Shown one piece after another: positions 41,069 to 55,469 of a DNA stretch of 64,000 nucleotides (its first letter is position 1; the number at the start of each line of letters is the position of its first letter). This stretch comes from Octopus bimaculoides. Taxonomy: Eukaryota. The translations under genes were made by a program, and so were the position numbers. The DNA lies in contig NC_068993.1 in NCBI RefSeq assembly GCF_001194135.2, positions 22,655,604 through 22,719,603 of the forward strand. Reading direction: 5' to 3'. Under the pieces are notes generated by a model. It saw only the letters and a program-made list of their open reading frames with translations, ran no database searches and was not told where the DNA came from.

Positions 41069-41842
41069 AGTTGCATACATACACATACACATTTCAATCG
41101 ACTTTAGTGCAACGAAGTTGACAGTTTGAACTTTTTAAACAAAACCTGTAAAGCGGAAATAATATGCTCACTGCGACAAAGATCAAATAGGGTTCATTGT
41201 AGAGATTGAAGTGCAATGAGTTTTGGCACCAAATCTTTAGTGTGTTGCTGAATAAAGTGTCAAGTCTCTGCTAACGGGTTGCCATGGAAATCGAAACTGC
41301 ATCGAAACATCTGTCCAGCGGGATCATTGTTAATCTCAACGACGCTTGCTACACACACACATACTCACACGCCCACACACAACCACCCACACATGCACCC
41401 CCACACCATCACAAATCACTATTTCAAAATAAAAGAAATATATCCTTACACACTGGTACTATCTCAACCCTTATTAATGGTGTTATTTCTTTCAGTTTGT
41501 TGTTATACGTATTACAGTACATAAATATTTATATTTACGCTTTTTCTAAGTATAAAATTTTATTTGCATTGATCGATGGGTTTGGTTCTCTATGTTTCAC
41601 TTATCAAGACCAATCAGAAGGAAAGTATGTCTGTTGTGGAGCCCGTGACGTCTTTGAAGATTAGTTTTTTCGCTTCAGCAGGAGAAATTGAATGTTCAAT
41701 TAACTCTTATATATTGTAATGCACTCGCCAGCAGCAACAGTCCAACCAGACCAAAAGCTGGTCGCTTGAGAGGTGCGAAGGTGTCCTCCGTCATCAACAA
41801 ATGGTGGGTGCCGTGACGAGCTGTCACAGCTTATGCACCCCA

Positions 41843-41899
<57 letters not shown>

Positions 41900-41931
41900 A
41901 AAGATGAATGGTGATGGTGGTGGTGCTACCG

Positions 41932-41980
<49 letters not shown>

Positions 41981-42005
41981 CACTACTACTACTACTGCTG
42001 CTGCT
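41843..42005. repeat. Compound (CTA)n/(GTG)n/(CTG)n trinucleotide array
   Basis: Directly visible. Similar arrays at 44890-44950 and 58430-58590. Confidence 0.9.
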
Positions 42006-42849
42006 GCAAGCTATATTTATCTGTCATTTTGTCTGTGAATTGCAAATGAACACTGCTAAGGTTTCCCACTATGAAAATTTCACATACTGTGAAAAATGTC
42101 ACTTTTTAGCAATTTAGTGAACTAAATCCATGCTTGAAATCCATGTTTCACACATAGCACTCACACCGCTAAGAAAGCGCGCGTGCAAACACCCACCTGA
42201 CTACACATAAACGCATAATATAATGTATGAATTTAGAGTATCGTATGGTTATCACAGTAACCTCCTCCTACGGACACGGCTATCTGTCCACGTAATAATG
42301 AATTACAAACTAATGCCCTGGAAAGTGTCCGTGTAATCGAAATTTCAGAAGATCCGAGCGATAAATTATTCAGTGAGGAGTATTTAATTCGTGAATATAC
42401 AATTATTTGTAATATACTGAGCACATATTTAATATAAACATCTATGTAAAATTTCTGCATACTGAAATTCATTTCAGCGCCACATCAAGAAGATTACGAA
42501 ATGTCTGTAATCATATGGAAGTCATATCGTTAAAAACGTAGTTTTCAACTCTCACAGCCCCTGATATTTTGCTGTATATACATATACATACATACATACA
42601 TACATATACACACACACACACACACATACACACACACACACATATATATATTTATTCTTTAAGTTTACGGGAATTGTTTTTGAGTATGCATATAAAAGCT
42701 CCTATTTTATTACGTGGGGTACAGCCTAATGATAGAAACTTTCAGTAGCAGTTTTATGGTGAAGTTACCTCTTCGAGTTATTCCGATTCATAACTGCCGT
42801 TTTCCAAGTTTTATGGCACATACATTCCCCACCTGGAGGAGATTTCTGT

Positions 42850-42998
42850 CCGTCGCAGGATTACTCATTTTTGCCAGCTGATTGAACGTAAAATGAAATG
42901 TTTTGCTCAGGAGCATAACGCATCACCCGATCCAGGGATTGAAACCACAATCTTATGATCATAAGTCCAATGCCCTAACTACTAAGCTACGCGCCCCA
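42850..42998 (-). mobile_element. SINE family A head plus CORE, reverse
   Basis: Revcomp ggggcgcgtagcttagtagttagggcattggacttatgatcataagattgtggtttcaatccctgg...cctgagcaaaacatt; similar to 2110 and 18011. Confidence 0.65.
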
Positions 42999-43061
42999 CA
43001 TAGCAGCTTTATGGGGTTGTACCGAACTGTGCCCATATAATGTAGCATATATGTGTGTGTG

Positions 43062-43095
<34 letters not shown>

Positions 43096-43099
43096 TATG

Positions 43100-43525
43100 C
43101 GTCTGTGTCTGTGGCAAGAAGCTTGCTTCCCAACCACATGGTTCCGAGTTCAATCCCACCGCATAACACCTTGGGTAAGTGTCTTCTACTAAAGCCTCAG
43201 GCCGACCAAAGCCTTGTGAGTAGATTTGGTAAAGAGAAACTGAAAGAAACCAGTCGTACATTTGTATATGTATGTATATATATATATATATATATATGTT
43301 TTGTATATGTATATGTCTTTGCGACTGCATTTGTCCCCCACGACCACTTAACAACCGGTGTTAATGTTTTTTACGTCCCTGTAACGTGGCGGTTTGACAA
43401 AGGAAACGATAGAATAATTACTAGGCTAAAAAAATTTCCTGGAGTCGATCTTTTAGACTAAAGGCGATGCTTTAGCATGACGGCAGTCGGATGACTGAAA
43501 CAAGTACGAATAAAACATAAAAGAT
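43100..43525 (+). mobile_element. SINE family B, full-length copy
   Basis: Head ggttccgagttcaatccc, CORE-like ccttgggtaagtgtcttctact, internal (TA)n, tail ...gatgactgaaacaagta. Confidence 0.85.
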
Positions 43526-44912
43526 ATATACAGAATATATGAATATTTGCAAATAATCCATTAATCTGAATATATTCATGCATATTTGCAGCTAAGCATA
43601 CACATGACTTTCATTTTGTAGTTCCTCTCTGTTGGAAAGAGGAATCGTAGTATTTCTAGGATTAGTTATTTCCCTTTGTGTTCTGACTTCTGTTTCAAAT
43701 GCGCTTTTCATTTCCCTCTTCTTGGTAAAAGAGATGTTCTCGACTATGATCTCATACTTTCAAAGTATGTAATCAAATACTTTCCGTTCATGTTCATCTT
43801 GCTTTTCTTATATCTAAATCTAGATTCTCTAATGTACCTTTATTTTTTTAAGGTAGTAGGCTATAAAATGAGTATGGAATTGGATGCTAAGTAACAGTAT
43901 GTTCGAGTAAGGTTAACGTGCTGATTTTAACTTTTAAGAGAATGAGTTTGGAAGACTAAAAAAATATGATACTGAGCAAGAGTATAGTAAGCTTACTACT
44001 ACCTATAATGTTATGCTTTCGTTGTAACATTATTGGCAATAGTGGTGTTCTGCCGATCGCAATTACAAATATCGACAAAAGTCTGTTCAATTCTGTGAAG
44101 GCTCTGACGTTTTAGCTATCGACAATAAGAAAAGGATACAAATAAATACCATAATTTCTCTCAATAATATTCAGCACCAAATGATGAATCGATGAAGGAG
44201 ACGGGTTAAATTTCTTGTGAATTAATCATAATTTTCCACACATGTAATTGGTTCGAAAATTCCTAATTATTGGAATCCGAAGGTGAAATATATTTAAAGG
44301 TTTGATCACATATAATAGTTTTGGGCGAATAATCAATTTCGTAACCCAAGCATATAACTGCAGTTGTCGCCAGTGGGTAGATAAAATAGGAAACATCTTA
44401 AAATAACGAATTAGTTATATGAGAAATGCGAGCAAGAATTCGTAACATATGTAGTGCAGCTGTTTAACCTCAATATTGATTTCCAGCATTAATGCAGTCA
44501 TATAATTTTTGGAGAGAGGGTTTGTTCAATTAACTATACTCTGTTACTTGACTGATATTCTATATTATCGACTCTATGAAGTAAGAGTAGCATAGCTGAT
44601 ATCACCATGATCTGAATTCAGAGCAGAATGTGGATTAAGTAAATACCTTAAAACATTTTGTCTGACACTACGGTTACTGCCAATAACAACTCCAAATTCT
44701 TATATGGCTTCTTATTTTGAGACACGCAACTTTCACATACACACAGTATAGAAATACTGAAGGCGCAAGTCAGTTTACGAATATCCGTGATGGAGTTTGT
44801 ACAGCTTTAGAGAACTAGTGATACAGTTACTTTCACTAATATTTTTGAATTCTAAGTATGTTGCATGTGTAATAGAAAACTGGTTCAATTTCTGCTGTTG
44901 TTGCTGCTACTA

Positions 44913-44952
<40 letters not shown>

Positions 44953-45949
44953 CATTCCCCTGACTTAATATATGTCAGACTTTCTTGCATTTATTTCCAT
45001 TTATACATTTCCAGTCTTTAACTGGTAAAGGTCTGTCTGGAAATAAGAAGTGAAGCGGACATGTTTTAACTCTTCAGTAAATTATCAAACCACCTTTTGT
45101 TTCTTTTAAAAACTTTGATGTTTTTTCACAATGCAACAAATCAATATATTTACAGAGTATATGAAATGGTAAATACTAAACGAGCAGACTTAAAGACTAA
45201 AAAACTTAGTCAATGTTTGCTTATCCTGCTCTTCATAGTTCTGCATTAAAATATCAATGGATCAAAGTTAATGAAATAAATAAATACGTAAATAAATACA
45301 TAAATAATGATAATAATAATAAGAAGAAGAACAACAATAAAGTCGATCTCATAAATCACTCACTATCGCTACAAATATTGGCCAATTTTGACTATGATTC
45401 TCTAAGTAGGAAACGTTGGAACGATTTTACTATTTTACTCAAAATTACGTTATTGGTGCAATCATTTCTAAAGGTATTTGTATTCTGAACTTAAAAAGAG
45501 AAGAGTCTAAATATATACAATATTAATGTAACAGTGCATAGCGATTGTAGCCATTCTCTCATTCCATAGTGTCACCATGCTCATATCTTATATGCACGCA
45601 TGCGCTGGCACGCACCCATAAGTAGGTCAAAATATCTGTGATGTGTAACTTTGGTACAGTGACATACATTTAGTGTGGAAGAGTATGTTACTAATTCAAC
45701 AGCAGTATTGCATGTGACATTATTTTACAATATACTTTCTTTCACTTCATACAGCACCGATCTATTGCTGATGACACAGCGCTTCACTGCTTCATACCAT
45801 TAACAATTAGCACACAAGCATCTTTTGAACACAATTTAGACTAGTTGCATTAAACTTGAATTCTTCGTTGGATACACAGTTCCAAAACATTCATCAGGAA
45901 GGACATGTCAATCTTGTAACATTCAACGATTTACAGAGAGACTCACTTC

Positions 45950-46560
45950 TCACACCAAAGTAAGCAGTCTAGTATTTCAATCTCTCTATCGACGACACAC
46001 TACTAAAATCCTCCATGTTGTTATAAATATCATGGCCAGGTGGTTTACCTGGGCGATCATAAGTTCATAAAGAGCAAAGACGGAATCTCAAAGACCAGCT
46101 TAATCTTCAGTGTCAGAAAATAGTTCAGTTCCATAAATCGAGTGAGATACTCATTCGATAATTATTCCAGAATTTGAACGATGCTATTCCTATATACAAA
46201 TGTATAGAACATACTCGAAAGAAAGCCATTCAATTGATTAGCAAACATATACTCATCAACGCATCAAGCTCGATGTAGCACGAGTCATTATCTGCACTGC
46301 ACTCTTCCTACCGACTCAAAAAAAGACTTCTCTCCTCAGAAGTAACTTATTGCGTACAATCACCGCTACGTAAACCTACCTCTCTTTCTTTCGTTACAGA
46401 TGTTGTGCGTTTCTCCAGTTTTGCTCTAACCAGTTTTCCAAATCCTACATTCGAGGAATGTCAGCTCACAACAATTTCTTTTCAGGCAATGTTTTCCCAT
46501 GTAGTGATTGACTTACAGTTATTCAAAATGAGTGTTGCCACCAGCACGCTCAACGATTTT
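45950..46560 (+). mobile_element. Very old CR1/L2-like LINE 3' fragment
   Basis: Weak remnants: RKKAIQLI (IQ.KA.RLI-like) and a ..FP...L..F 3' region. Confidence 0.35.
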
Positions 46561-47854
46561 TGGAAGCAATCGAAGGTTCTAGGCGTATAAAAGTTAATCA
46601 TTATTAATTGTTACTGCTTTTCAGACCGATAACAATTAAATTGAATTTTAATTGGCTCAGGAATAATTATCTTTATTTGATCGATCTTCAAGAAATTTAA
46701 GTTGAATACAAGGAAACGAACGATAAATGTGTTTAACTTGTGTGGTCACTCGTCTGATGTTATCTGAGTATAAAAAGTAGTGTCGTCTTGTTTGCTAAAC
46801 GCATTGGGCATCTAATTTAGAGGAGAAACAATGAGAAATATGAAGTTCATGTTTCATTAAGAAATTATCTACGTAGAGAATGAAATAAATGGAATTTAAT
46901 TTGGGCTTGAAATTGTATCTGCTTTGCTGCTTGTCAAGAGTACACCGTTGAGTCATGTGCTACAATCCACATCTCCTTATTGACATCTTACCCAAAGTGA
47001 CAATATGCAATTATACGGATATCAAATGGAGAACAATCAGTTACATTGCGTAAATTAATTAAAAAATATGTCGTTGCATTGCATAGAAACATTCTCAGGT
47101 TATCGAAATGGAGCCGTAATTTTATACGTTAGGAAGTCATGATCATAGGACAATTTCTCCACAGAATCTAAATAATATTCTCAAACATTTATATTAAATT
47201 TCAGACACTTCTTTGTTTCTTTCTATTTAGTTTACTTTCAGAAACAAAATACAACATTTAAACATTTTATACTCTAGAAAGTGATATACTGGAATCTGTT
47301 TGAAATCCTAGATATTAGATTTTGTTTCATATAGATTCTCTATACATTTAAAGAAATGTATCACTCCAAACAAATTACTTCTATTTTCTTAGTGAAAACA
47401 GTAACAATGGTGGAATATTCACGCCTCATAGGAGATCAGAATCTCGGAAATCAATTAATGCTATGGCTTTCCTTCTCTTATCACAGCGCCAAATTGTCTG
47501 AATTCTATGTTTAATGTTATCTAGTTTAAAACGGCTGCTGCCTTCAGGAAGATAATCACGTGTCCTTTTTAAATAACAAACTAACTTCTACTTATATTTC
47601 GCCTTTTTAATCAGAGAGTGGCAAAACAGTCAGGGTCTCTCATTCTAATTTTGAAGTGTCAAAACTGCCGAAAGGCCAAGCTATCATCATTAATTTATCA
47701 AAACTTATCCTATCCCAGATATAATATCATATCTCTAAATAATACACCGAACTCTTTTCGTTACATGTGTTTCGTGGAATGAAGTGCTCACCCAATACGC
47801 AGGCCTGTGAATAATAATAGTAATAAAAAAATATTAATAATAGTAATTTTATTT

Positions 47855-48490
47855 ATCTACCTATTTTCAGTTTCTTTCATTCTAATTGTATGGTGCTTTA
47901 TATTTGCAATCTTCCATCCTACACAAGCCTGACCTTCTTCCAATAATAGCGGTTCTGTAGCATTTTTTACATACCATGTTATGCTGTTTTCTTCTGCTCT
48001 AATGATGTGTTCGTATCCAATCAGAACTCTTCCACCTCTTTTCCTTAGTACATACAGTCTCTCGCAGTCTGTCTGTGTCACTTTTTGGGTGGAGTATCCC
48101 ATATCTAGTCAGCAACTTCCTTGTCTTCCTGTCTAAGCCGTTTAGTTTGTCTTCTGTCCATGCAATTACCCCTGCTCCTTATCTAATGAGTGAAAGGTGT
48201 TGATTACTTCAATCTTATTCCGTCCGTTTAATTTCGACTTAAGTATCAGTCTCAGTCTGCGCAAGTACTCCACCTTAATTTTTCCGCCATTCTTTTTTGC
48301 ATCAATTTAACCTTTTCCAACCATTTCCCCAAGTACTTATATTTCGTCTCTTCTACGTGCTTCATAACCTCTCCCGACGGTATCGCTAACCCGTCCAAAC
48401 ATTTAAGTTTGCCTCTCTTCAAGACCAACACACCATACTTTTTCAGTCCGAGCTTCATTCAGATATCAGCACTGAAAGTATACACCGTAT
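47855..48490 (-). mobile_element. RLE-clade (Dong-like) RT C-terminal fragment
   Basis: LGLKKYGVLVLKRGKL..GLAIPSGE..YKYLG and ERLYVLRKRGGRVLI..E...E.NSI.WYV..EPLL. Confidence 0.75.
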
Positions 48491-49142
48491 CAACGAGAAA
48501 ACAAAACAAGCAAAGGAATATCTAAATGAATTCCAAATACAGCAAATCCCAGAATTAGACGTACTGGAAACAAGCACAGAAAAAGCGAAGCGTATGGAAA
48601 CCCGTGCTAAAACTTCTGCCTGAGATATTTTTGTTGATAAATGGCGAGAAAAACCTTTCAATGGCAAATACCCAAATAGAGCTAATAGTGCCTATGTTGA
48701 CAAAGCCCTTACCCATCAATGGTTAGTGTCTTTTGACTTAAAATAAGAAACAGAAGCGTTCCTCATAGCAGCCCACAATCAATGCCTACCTACAAGGAAC
48801 TACCAGGCCAACATATTAACGGACGGCAGTAGCCCAACATGTAGTTGGTGCATTAGGTATGATAGAAAAAAAACATATTCAGGCAAATACATAAACAAAA
48901 CACCAGTAATTACAAATGCATATGGCATACAAAAAATAGCACCGCTATGCAGCGCGCACATCCTATTTAAAGCACTTTCAATACAATGAAAATAAGAGCA
49001 CCACATTAAACCACAGCACATACCCAAGTGACACAAACCTCCGGCGCAATTAGTGTAGTGAAAGTACTTGATAAAAATAAGATTACTGAGGAACAACAAC
49101 AACATCAACAACAGTAACAACAACAACAACAACAACAATAAT
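48490..49142 (+). mobile_element. Dong-like 3' fragment with internal deletion and (CAA/TAA)n tail
   Basis: gataaatggcgagaaaaacctttcaatggcaaataccc (W.EKP.HG.Y), AFLIAA.NQ.LPTRNYQ, then a jump to VGALGMI. The 3' UTR resembles 940-1044. Confidence 0.75.
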
Positions 49143-49519
49143 NNNNNNNNNNCTTGGATCCAACTTGTACAAATGCAAAACAAAAGTCAAACATAAAATA
49201 ATAATAATAATAATATATAAAAGAAAAACACGTGTCACAAGTGATGTCGAACCGAACAAAGAGAAAGCGAATTCCCACAAACGAATAAAAAACGGCAGCG
49301 AATTAGTCACTCAGTTTAAAACATCACTAAACAGTTGTGCCTCGGAAATAGTTACAAAAAAAAAATGTTTTTTAATTAAAAATAGAGGCGATTTTCGATC
49401 TATATATCTATATATCTATTAAAAGAACAAAGAAATGGTGTCATGTCAAAAAGTCAACAATCAGACCCGTTTCCTATTGACACCGTCAATTCTTCAATGA
49501 CAAACCTAAACTAGTAGGG

Positions 49520-50275
49520 CTGCTAACAACTGGTAAATAGTTCAACAATGACATCGGGATTGATTTTGGCCATGAGAGGTGTGTTAAAGCAACTTTTGTA
49601 AGAGGAAAGTCAGGTAAACGGCTTTCATTAAATTAGATGCCGATGTTATCATCAAGTAACATGACTCAGAGGGAAGTTATAAATACCTAGGGATAGACGA
49701 AGGAGATGGTATGCAACATGCTACTATGAAGGAAAGCACAAAATGGAGTATTATAGGAGAGTAAGACTGATACTAAAAGCTGAACTCAATTCTAAAAATT
49801 GCATCGAAGCCATTAAGGCCCTGGCACTTCCAGTTGTCCAATACAGTTTTAACATCATTAACTGGAATCTTACAAAGCTCCAACGCCTGGACAGGGAGAC
49901 AAGAAAACTCGAGGAATGATGCACGTAGAACTATGCCGTAAGACCTCCAAAATAGCAATGAACAGGTATATATCTAGTAGAGAGGACTGGATGCTGTGGC
50001 TTGTGAGTAAACACGAGGGCAATAAAAGATCACATTCTATTGTAAAGGAAGCTTGCAAATTTGCAAGGGAATTTGGCATTACCCTGAATCAGATGAACCT
50101 GAAACCACTGCCATAAAACAAACAAAAAGGATCAAGCAGACTGTCAAAAAGAACGGGCAGAAATAGATTAAGAAGCATTGGGGCCAGAAACCTCTGCATG
50201 GACGGTATATACTTCGAAGCAGAAATGCTGGAGTACACCCAGGAACATTGTGTCGAAAAACAAAACGATAGAATA
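49520..50275 (+). mobile_element. RLE-clade RT fragment
   Basis: FNNDIGIDFGHERC..SYKYLGIDEGDG..EYYRRVRLILKAELNSKN.IEAIKALALPVVQYSFNIINW, and later W.QKPLHGRY. Confidence 0.75.
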
Positions 50276-50644
50276 ATTATGGCTGGAAGGACACTGAAGA
50301 GAGGCGAACCCAATCAGAACTAACTTGGACAGCAACGAAAACAATAATAATTCGAATTTTTGTCGTTTATATCGTTGTCCAGGGATACATGGTATTATTG
50401 ACTCGGTAAGGTCGGCGTTGTAACAGCATACTTACTGTGTTCTGAGTTTAACTCTCTCCAGGTCCTATTTTGAGCTTTATTCAGACGTTTTTGAGAAAAT
50501 TATTACTATGGGTATATAATATATAAAGATACATGAAGTCAGACGTCACTCGCGGACGAATATTAATAGGAAATACATTCCATGCTTTCGTTAATTGGTT
50601 TTGGTTTCTTTATGCTGGAGAGCAGACACTGACGCACACCCGAC

Positions 50645-50723
50645 GGAGAGAGAGAGGGATAGATAGATAGAGAGAGAGGGGGAGAGATAGATAGAGAGGG
50701 AGAGAGAAGGAGAAAGAATGAGT

Positions 50724-50755
<32 letters not shown>

Positions 50756-50756
50756 A

Positions 50757-50815
<59 letters not shown>
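50645..50815. repeat. Long (GA)n polypurine tract with GC-richer flanks
   Basis: About 170 bp of GA/GATA repeats between gacgcacacccgacgg and acgcgctccgacagc. Confidence 0.9.
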
Positions 50816-50816
<1 letters not shown>

Positions 50817-51849
50817 CGCGCTCCGACAGCATTCGGATGGTACTCAATTTTACACGAGTTGACTGAGGTAACATGCAACAAAGTGTCTTTGTCAAAGACG
50901 CTACTCGCCGTTCGGTTCCGTAACTGAACGCTCGACTTTAATATCGTGAGCAAACCGTCATCTAGGCTACACACACACGCACAAACAGAACTAATAAAAA
51001 CATTAATATTAATAAAGAAGTGTTTTCAAAATACTACGAAACAGTTATTACTTAACACGAGTAAGAATTGCAATAGAAACGTTTATCTTCCTTCATCAAT
51101 GCTGTCCATACATTCTAAATTCCAAAGTATACTAGTCGTGATATTTTACCGAAACAATGACTTTTAATGCGAATAGTATGTTCTAAAAATGTGGCGCTAA
51201 AAATGTTAAAACGCACTGTTTACGAACTAAAATATCACCTATTTGTTTTATTATATTTTCTCCCGGATACATTTTTTACGTTTTCTTTCTGATAGAGGCA
51301 ATGTTCAGATCATATATATGCATGTATGTATGTATGTATGTATGTATGTATGTATGTATGNNNNNNNNNNNNNNNNNNNNNNNNNNNNNNNNNNNNNNNN
51401 NNNNNNNNNNNNNNNNNNNNNNNNNNNNNNNNNNNNNNNNNNNNNNNNNNNNNNNNNNNNNTATATATATATATATATATATATGCATATATATACATGG
51501 ATACATATATACATATATGCATATGTGAATACACATATATGTATGCATACATGTATATAATATACATAGATGTGCATGTATATTTGTATATACACATAGA
51601 TACATAAACGCACAAATTGATACAGTTTAGAAAGTGACCTAGAGTCAATAAACATCAAAGCAACATCCTCATATTCTGTGAAGCAATTAACCAATTTTCC
51701 GAAGATTCAATTTCTATTGACTGCGAGGAAATAATATCTAAGAATAAACAACAAAACATTTTTTTTAGATATTCCGCTATTGCATTAATATATAGATTAT
51801 ATTTTTAACCAATTGTTGGTGATCTCTATAATATGTTAGGTCACTTTAT

Positions 51850-52420
51850 TTTTTACTCTCATCATTGGATAAACATTTCCTCCCAGACTCTAGCAAGTTT
51901 TGGTAAAGGTCTAGAGCAAGAAAGCCATGTAACTGACAATACAGATGAGACATGTTTGCAGAAATTTATATTTTGTCAATAATAATAGATAATGATACAA
52001 AGTTCTATGTATATATTATTAAGAAGGCGATATCATCCAGTCGGCTGATTAATTGGGTCAGGAGTTTATTCAGAACAAGAAAACGGGAAGTAATATTGTT
52101 CCTGTGGAATACATTTGTGTCCACGTTCTTGGAGCATTGTTCGAAATTAGAGCTGCAAAAATATCTAATTACCACCATAACTCAGTGATGTAACGCTGAA
52201 AGAAGTGATGCTCGAAATCTGAGGAGAAGTTATGAAAGATATAAAGTAATAAAGGTTTTGGAGACATTATATGTTCTACCAACAAAATCTGGCACTAAAA
52301 TTTATAGCAATGATGGAATGTGCCAACAATGCTTAGTAGCAAAGGTTCTGATATCTCCATTTAGAGTTATCAGGATCTTAGGTTTCGAAGGCCCAAGTCT
52401 TCAATACCCAGTCTAAATCT
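51850..52420 (+). mobile_element. CR1/L2-like LINE RT C-terminal fragment
   Basis: RLINWVRSLFRTRKREVILFLWNTFVSTFLEHCSKL resembles WILRTF.TR...LW...V..RLEYCSQLW. Confidence 0.6.
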
Positions 52421-53478
52421 TAAAAAATGTAGATGAAGTGAATGGAGTTGTATCTAAGAAAATTTGTCATCTTTCTACCAGAGATACAAAATGAGCCTAC
52501 TTTAGAATGAGAGTAAAAAATAAAGTGACCTAACATATTATAGAGATCACCAACAATTGGTTAAAAATATAATCTATATATTAATGCAATAGCGGAATAT
52601 CTAAAAAAAAAAAAACATCCATTCAATAAAGTGAACAATACAAGTAGAAATATAGAAATAAAAAGCAACATTTGTAAACGGCATGACAGTAGGGAAAAAG
52701 CCGATAAACAAAAACTAGTAAGAGAATAAAATGTTAGAAATTGAAGTTATAACATCACAACTTCAATGAAGTACCATGTAGAATGTTGTAGTGGTTATTG
52801 TTATTATTAAGGTGGTAACCTGGCAGAGTTGTTAGCGATATTTCGTCGTTCAGAGTTCAAATTCTGCCAATGTCGACGTTGGCATGTATATGAAAACCAG
52901 AAAATAATCAATATCACTGATATCTGGAAAGATCATTTCTTACAGCTATTGCTAAAACCCACACGCATTGCAATAATATAACTAACGAAAAACAAAATTT
53001 CTTCGGACGCAAGCCTAGCAGTTTCGACGTTTTGAATTATTTGAAAAATACCTTAGAAAACATTAATATTTGTGAAATTGTGTTGATATATAATCATGAT
53101 TGAAATGATGTGCGCGGACTATTGACACAGCTATAAGAAAGAAACTTATGAATTTTCAGTAATATTGTTTTATTTTGTGTCTATAAGATGAATGCATAAA
53201 GCAGTAAAATAGGGCTTAATTAAACTCAGGTTAACTCAACTTTAAGCACTCTGTAGAAAATGGACCCAGAAAACCCAGAAAATTCCAATTATGGTAAGCT
53301 AAATATCATGTTGTTCATTTCCTGCATAAATCCGAGGTTAGACACAAATTAAATTCGGCGTATTAATCAAAACATAGTATTGTATAAAATAACAAGGCCG
53401 CTATAAGCTCTGTCTTTCTTGCGGTGTGGGTGGGGGAGATGCAGTTGGTCCATCAAATAAAAGATCTACTATATATAT

Positions 53479-53707
53479 ATTGGGTTGGCAACTAAGTTCC
53501 CGCGGTTTTTTTTAAAATTTTGGCATTTATTGCGTTTTTAAATTTTGGAATCTATTTTTTTCTAGTTCATTTTAGTTAATTTTTGTTCATTTTCAGATCA
53601 TTAAAATTAAGAAAAGTCAAGAAAATTAACTATTCTACCTCCATATCTCTCTATTCAATGTCATACTCCTCTCTTTACAATGGCATCCCCTCCATTGCCA
53701 ACCCAAT
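53479..53707. mobile_element. Internally deleted mariner derivative (MITE-like)
   Basis: Perfect 13-bp inverted repeats attgggttggcaa (53479-53491) and ttgccaacccaat (53695-53707). Inside, ttttcagatcattaaaat resembles the 5' region of the 7333 mariner. Confidence 0.65.
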
Positions 53708-54682
53708 GTCTCTATGGACGTCTGTGCATGTGTGTGTGAGAGAGAATTTGTTTTATTGTTTGAAAATGCATCTGTAGTCATTTATAAATTTAGTAATGGA
53801 TTTATTCAAATACCAAACTGGTTTCGACAATGTTTTGGTTATGAATGGTACAAATAAATAGCTAAAGGGTTTAAGAGAATTTAAAGTTACAAAGTAAAAA
53901 TCGGGAAAGAGTATATTTAAACGATCAGATGTTCAAATGTTCACAGTAATGACAATGAGTTTCACATGGATAGATTGTAATATCAATGTAAATGTTCGGT
54001 GGAGATCATAGCAAATGTACATTATTGAAAGTTCAATCATGTTGAATTTATGTATACAAACATATATATATATAGAGAGAGAAAGAGAGAGGAAGAGAGA
54101 GAGTTAAAAAGAGAGAGAAAGAGTGAGAAAGAGTGAGAGAGAAATAGGGAAAGAGAAAGAGTTAGAGAGATTCGGTGGAGTGAACAAGCAAGCGTTTGGT
54201 ATCAGTTTAGGGTATGATATTTGTATACCAAAATATAATTGTAGTACTGTTGCAATAGAGTGGTTGAAACAAAACTGAATGCATCATAGAAATAAGGGAG
54301 TATGTAAGTGTGCGGTTAGTCACTTACAGCTGTTTCTAGAATAGATGTACGTATGCTACAAATAGTGAATTTTTTAACAGACATATATACATATATACTC
54401 ATAAATGTGTATGTATATAAAGACGCCTTTATATATATATATATATNNNNNNNNNNNNNNNNNNNNNNNNNNNNNNNNNNNNNNNNNNNNNNNNNNNNNN
54501 NNNNNNNNNNNNNNNNNNNNNNNNNNNNNNNNNNNNNNNNNNNNNNNNNNNNNNNNNNNNNNNNNNNNNNNNNNNNNNNNNNNNNNNNNNNNNNNNNNNN
54601 NNNNNNNNNNNNNNNNNNNNNNNNNNNNNNNNNNNNNNNNNNNNNNNNNNNNNNNNNNNNNNNNNNNNNNNNNNNNNNNNNN

Positions 54683-54724
<42 letters not shown>

Positions 54725-55397
54725 CGAGTGTATATGTACACAGATATCTTCAGACACACACTGGGCTATATAGCGGTGTGCTCGTGCGCGCGCATGTCTG
54801 TGTCTCTGTGTCTGTGCATGTGTGTCTGTGTTTGTGTTTTTTCACAAATATTGACGTTTTGTTTTTTCGTTACATCTTGTAATTCACAGACAGCGTTTGG
54901 ATATTTTTAGAAGTTGTGGACATCGTTGGATTGAATGGTATCGTTTGGTGTCGAAACCTTATTGATTTTTAGTAGTGTATCTGTTGATGTTAAATTCATG
55001 TCGATTTAGATAAAATTGTCGCTATTGTTTTTTTATAGTTCCCCTTTTTGTTTTATGTTTTCTTTTATTTATGTTCTTTAGCATATCGATGTTATTCCAA
55101 TTTGTTCGCCTCGTTGTATAGGGACATCTCATCGTCTGGTGTAGGGCAAAATTGCGTTTAATTTTTTGTATCTATTATGGCTTAATACTTTATCCATATT
55201 TGTAACGGTGTTAAGGCGGCGAACTTGCAAAATCGGTAGCACGTCGGCCAAAATATCGGCATTGCATCCGTCCTTACGTTCTGTGTTCAAATTTCTCCTA
55301 GGTTGAATTTGCCTCTCATCCTTTCGAGGTCAATAAATAAAGAACCAGTTGAAAATAATTTCATGAGTGAAAGTGTGTTTTAAAAGTGTGTATATTT

Positions 55398-55429
<32 letters not shown>

Positions 55430-55469
55430 GCAAACAACTTCTATATATATACAAATGTATATATATATA

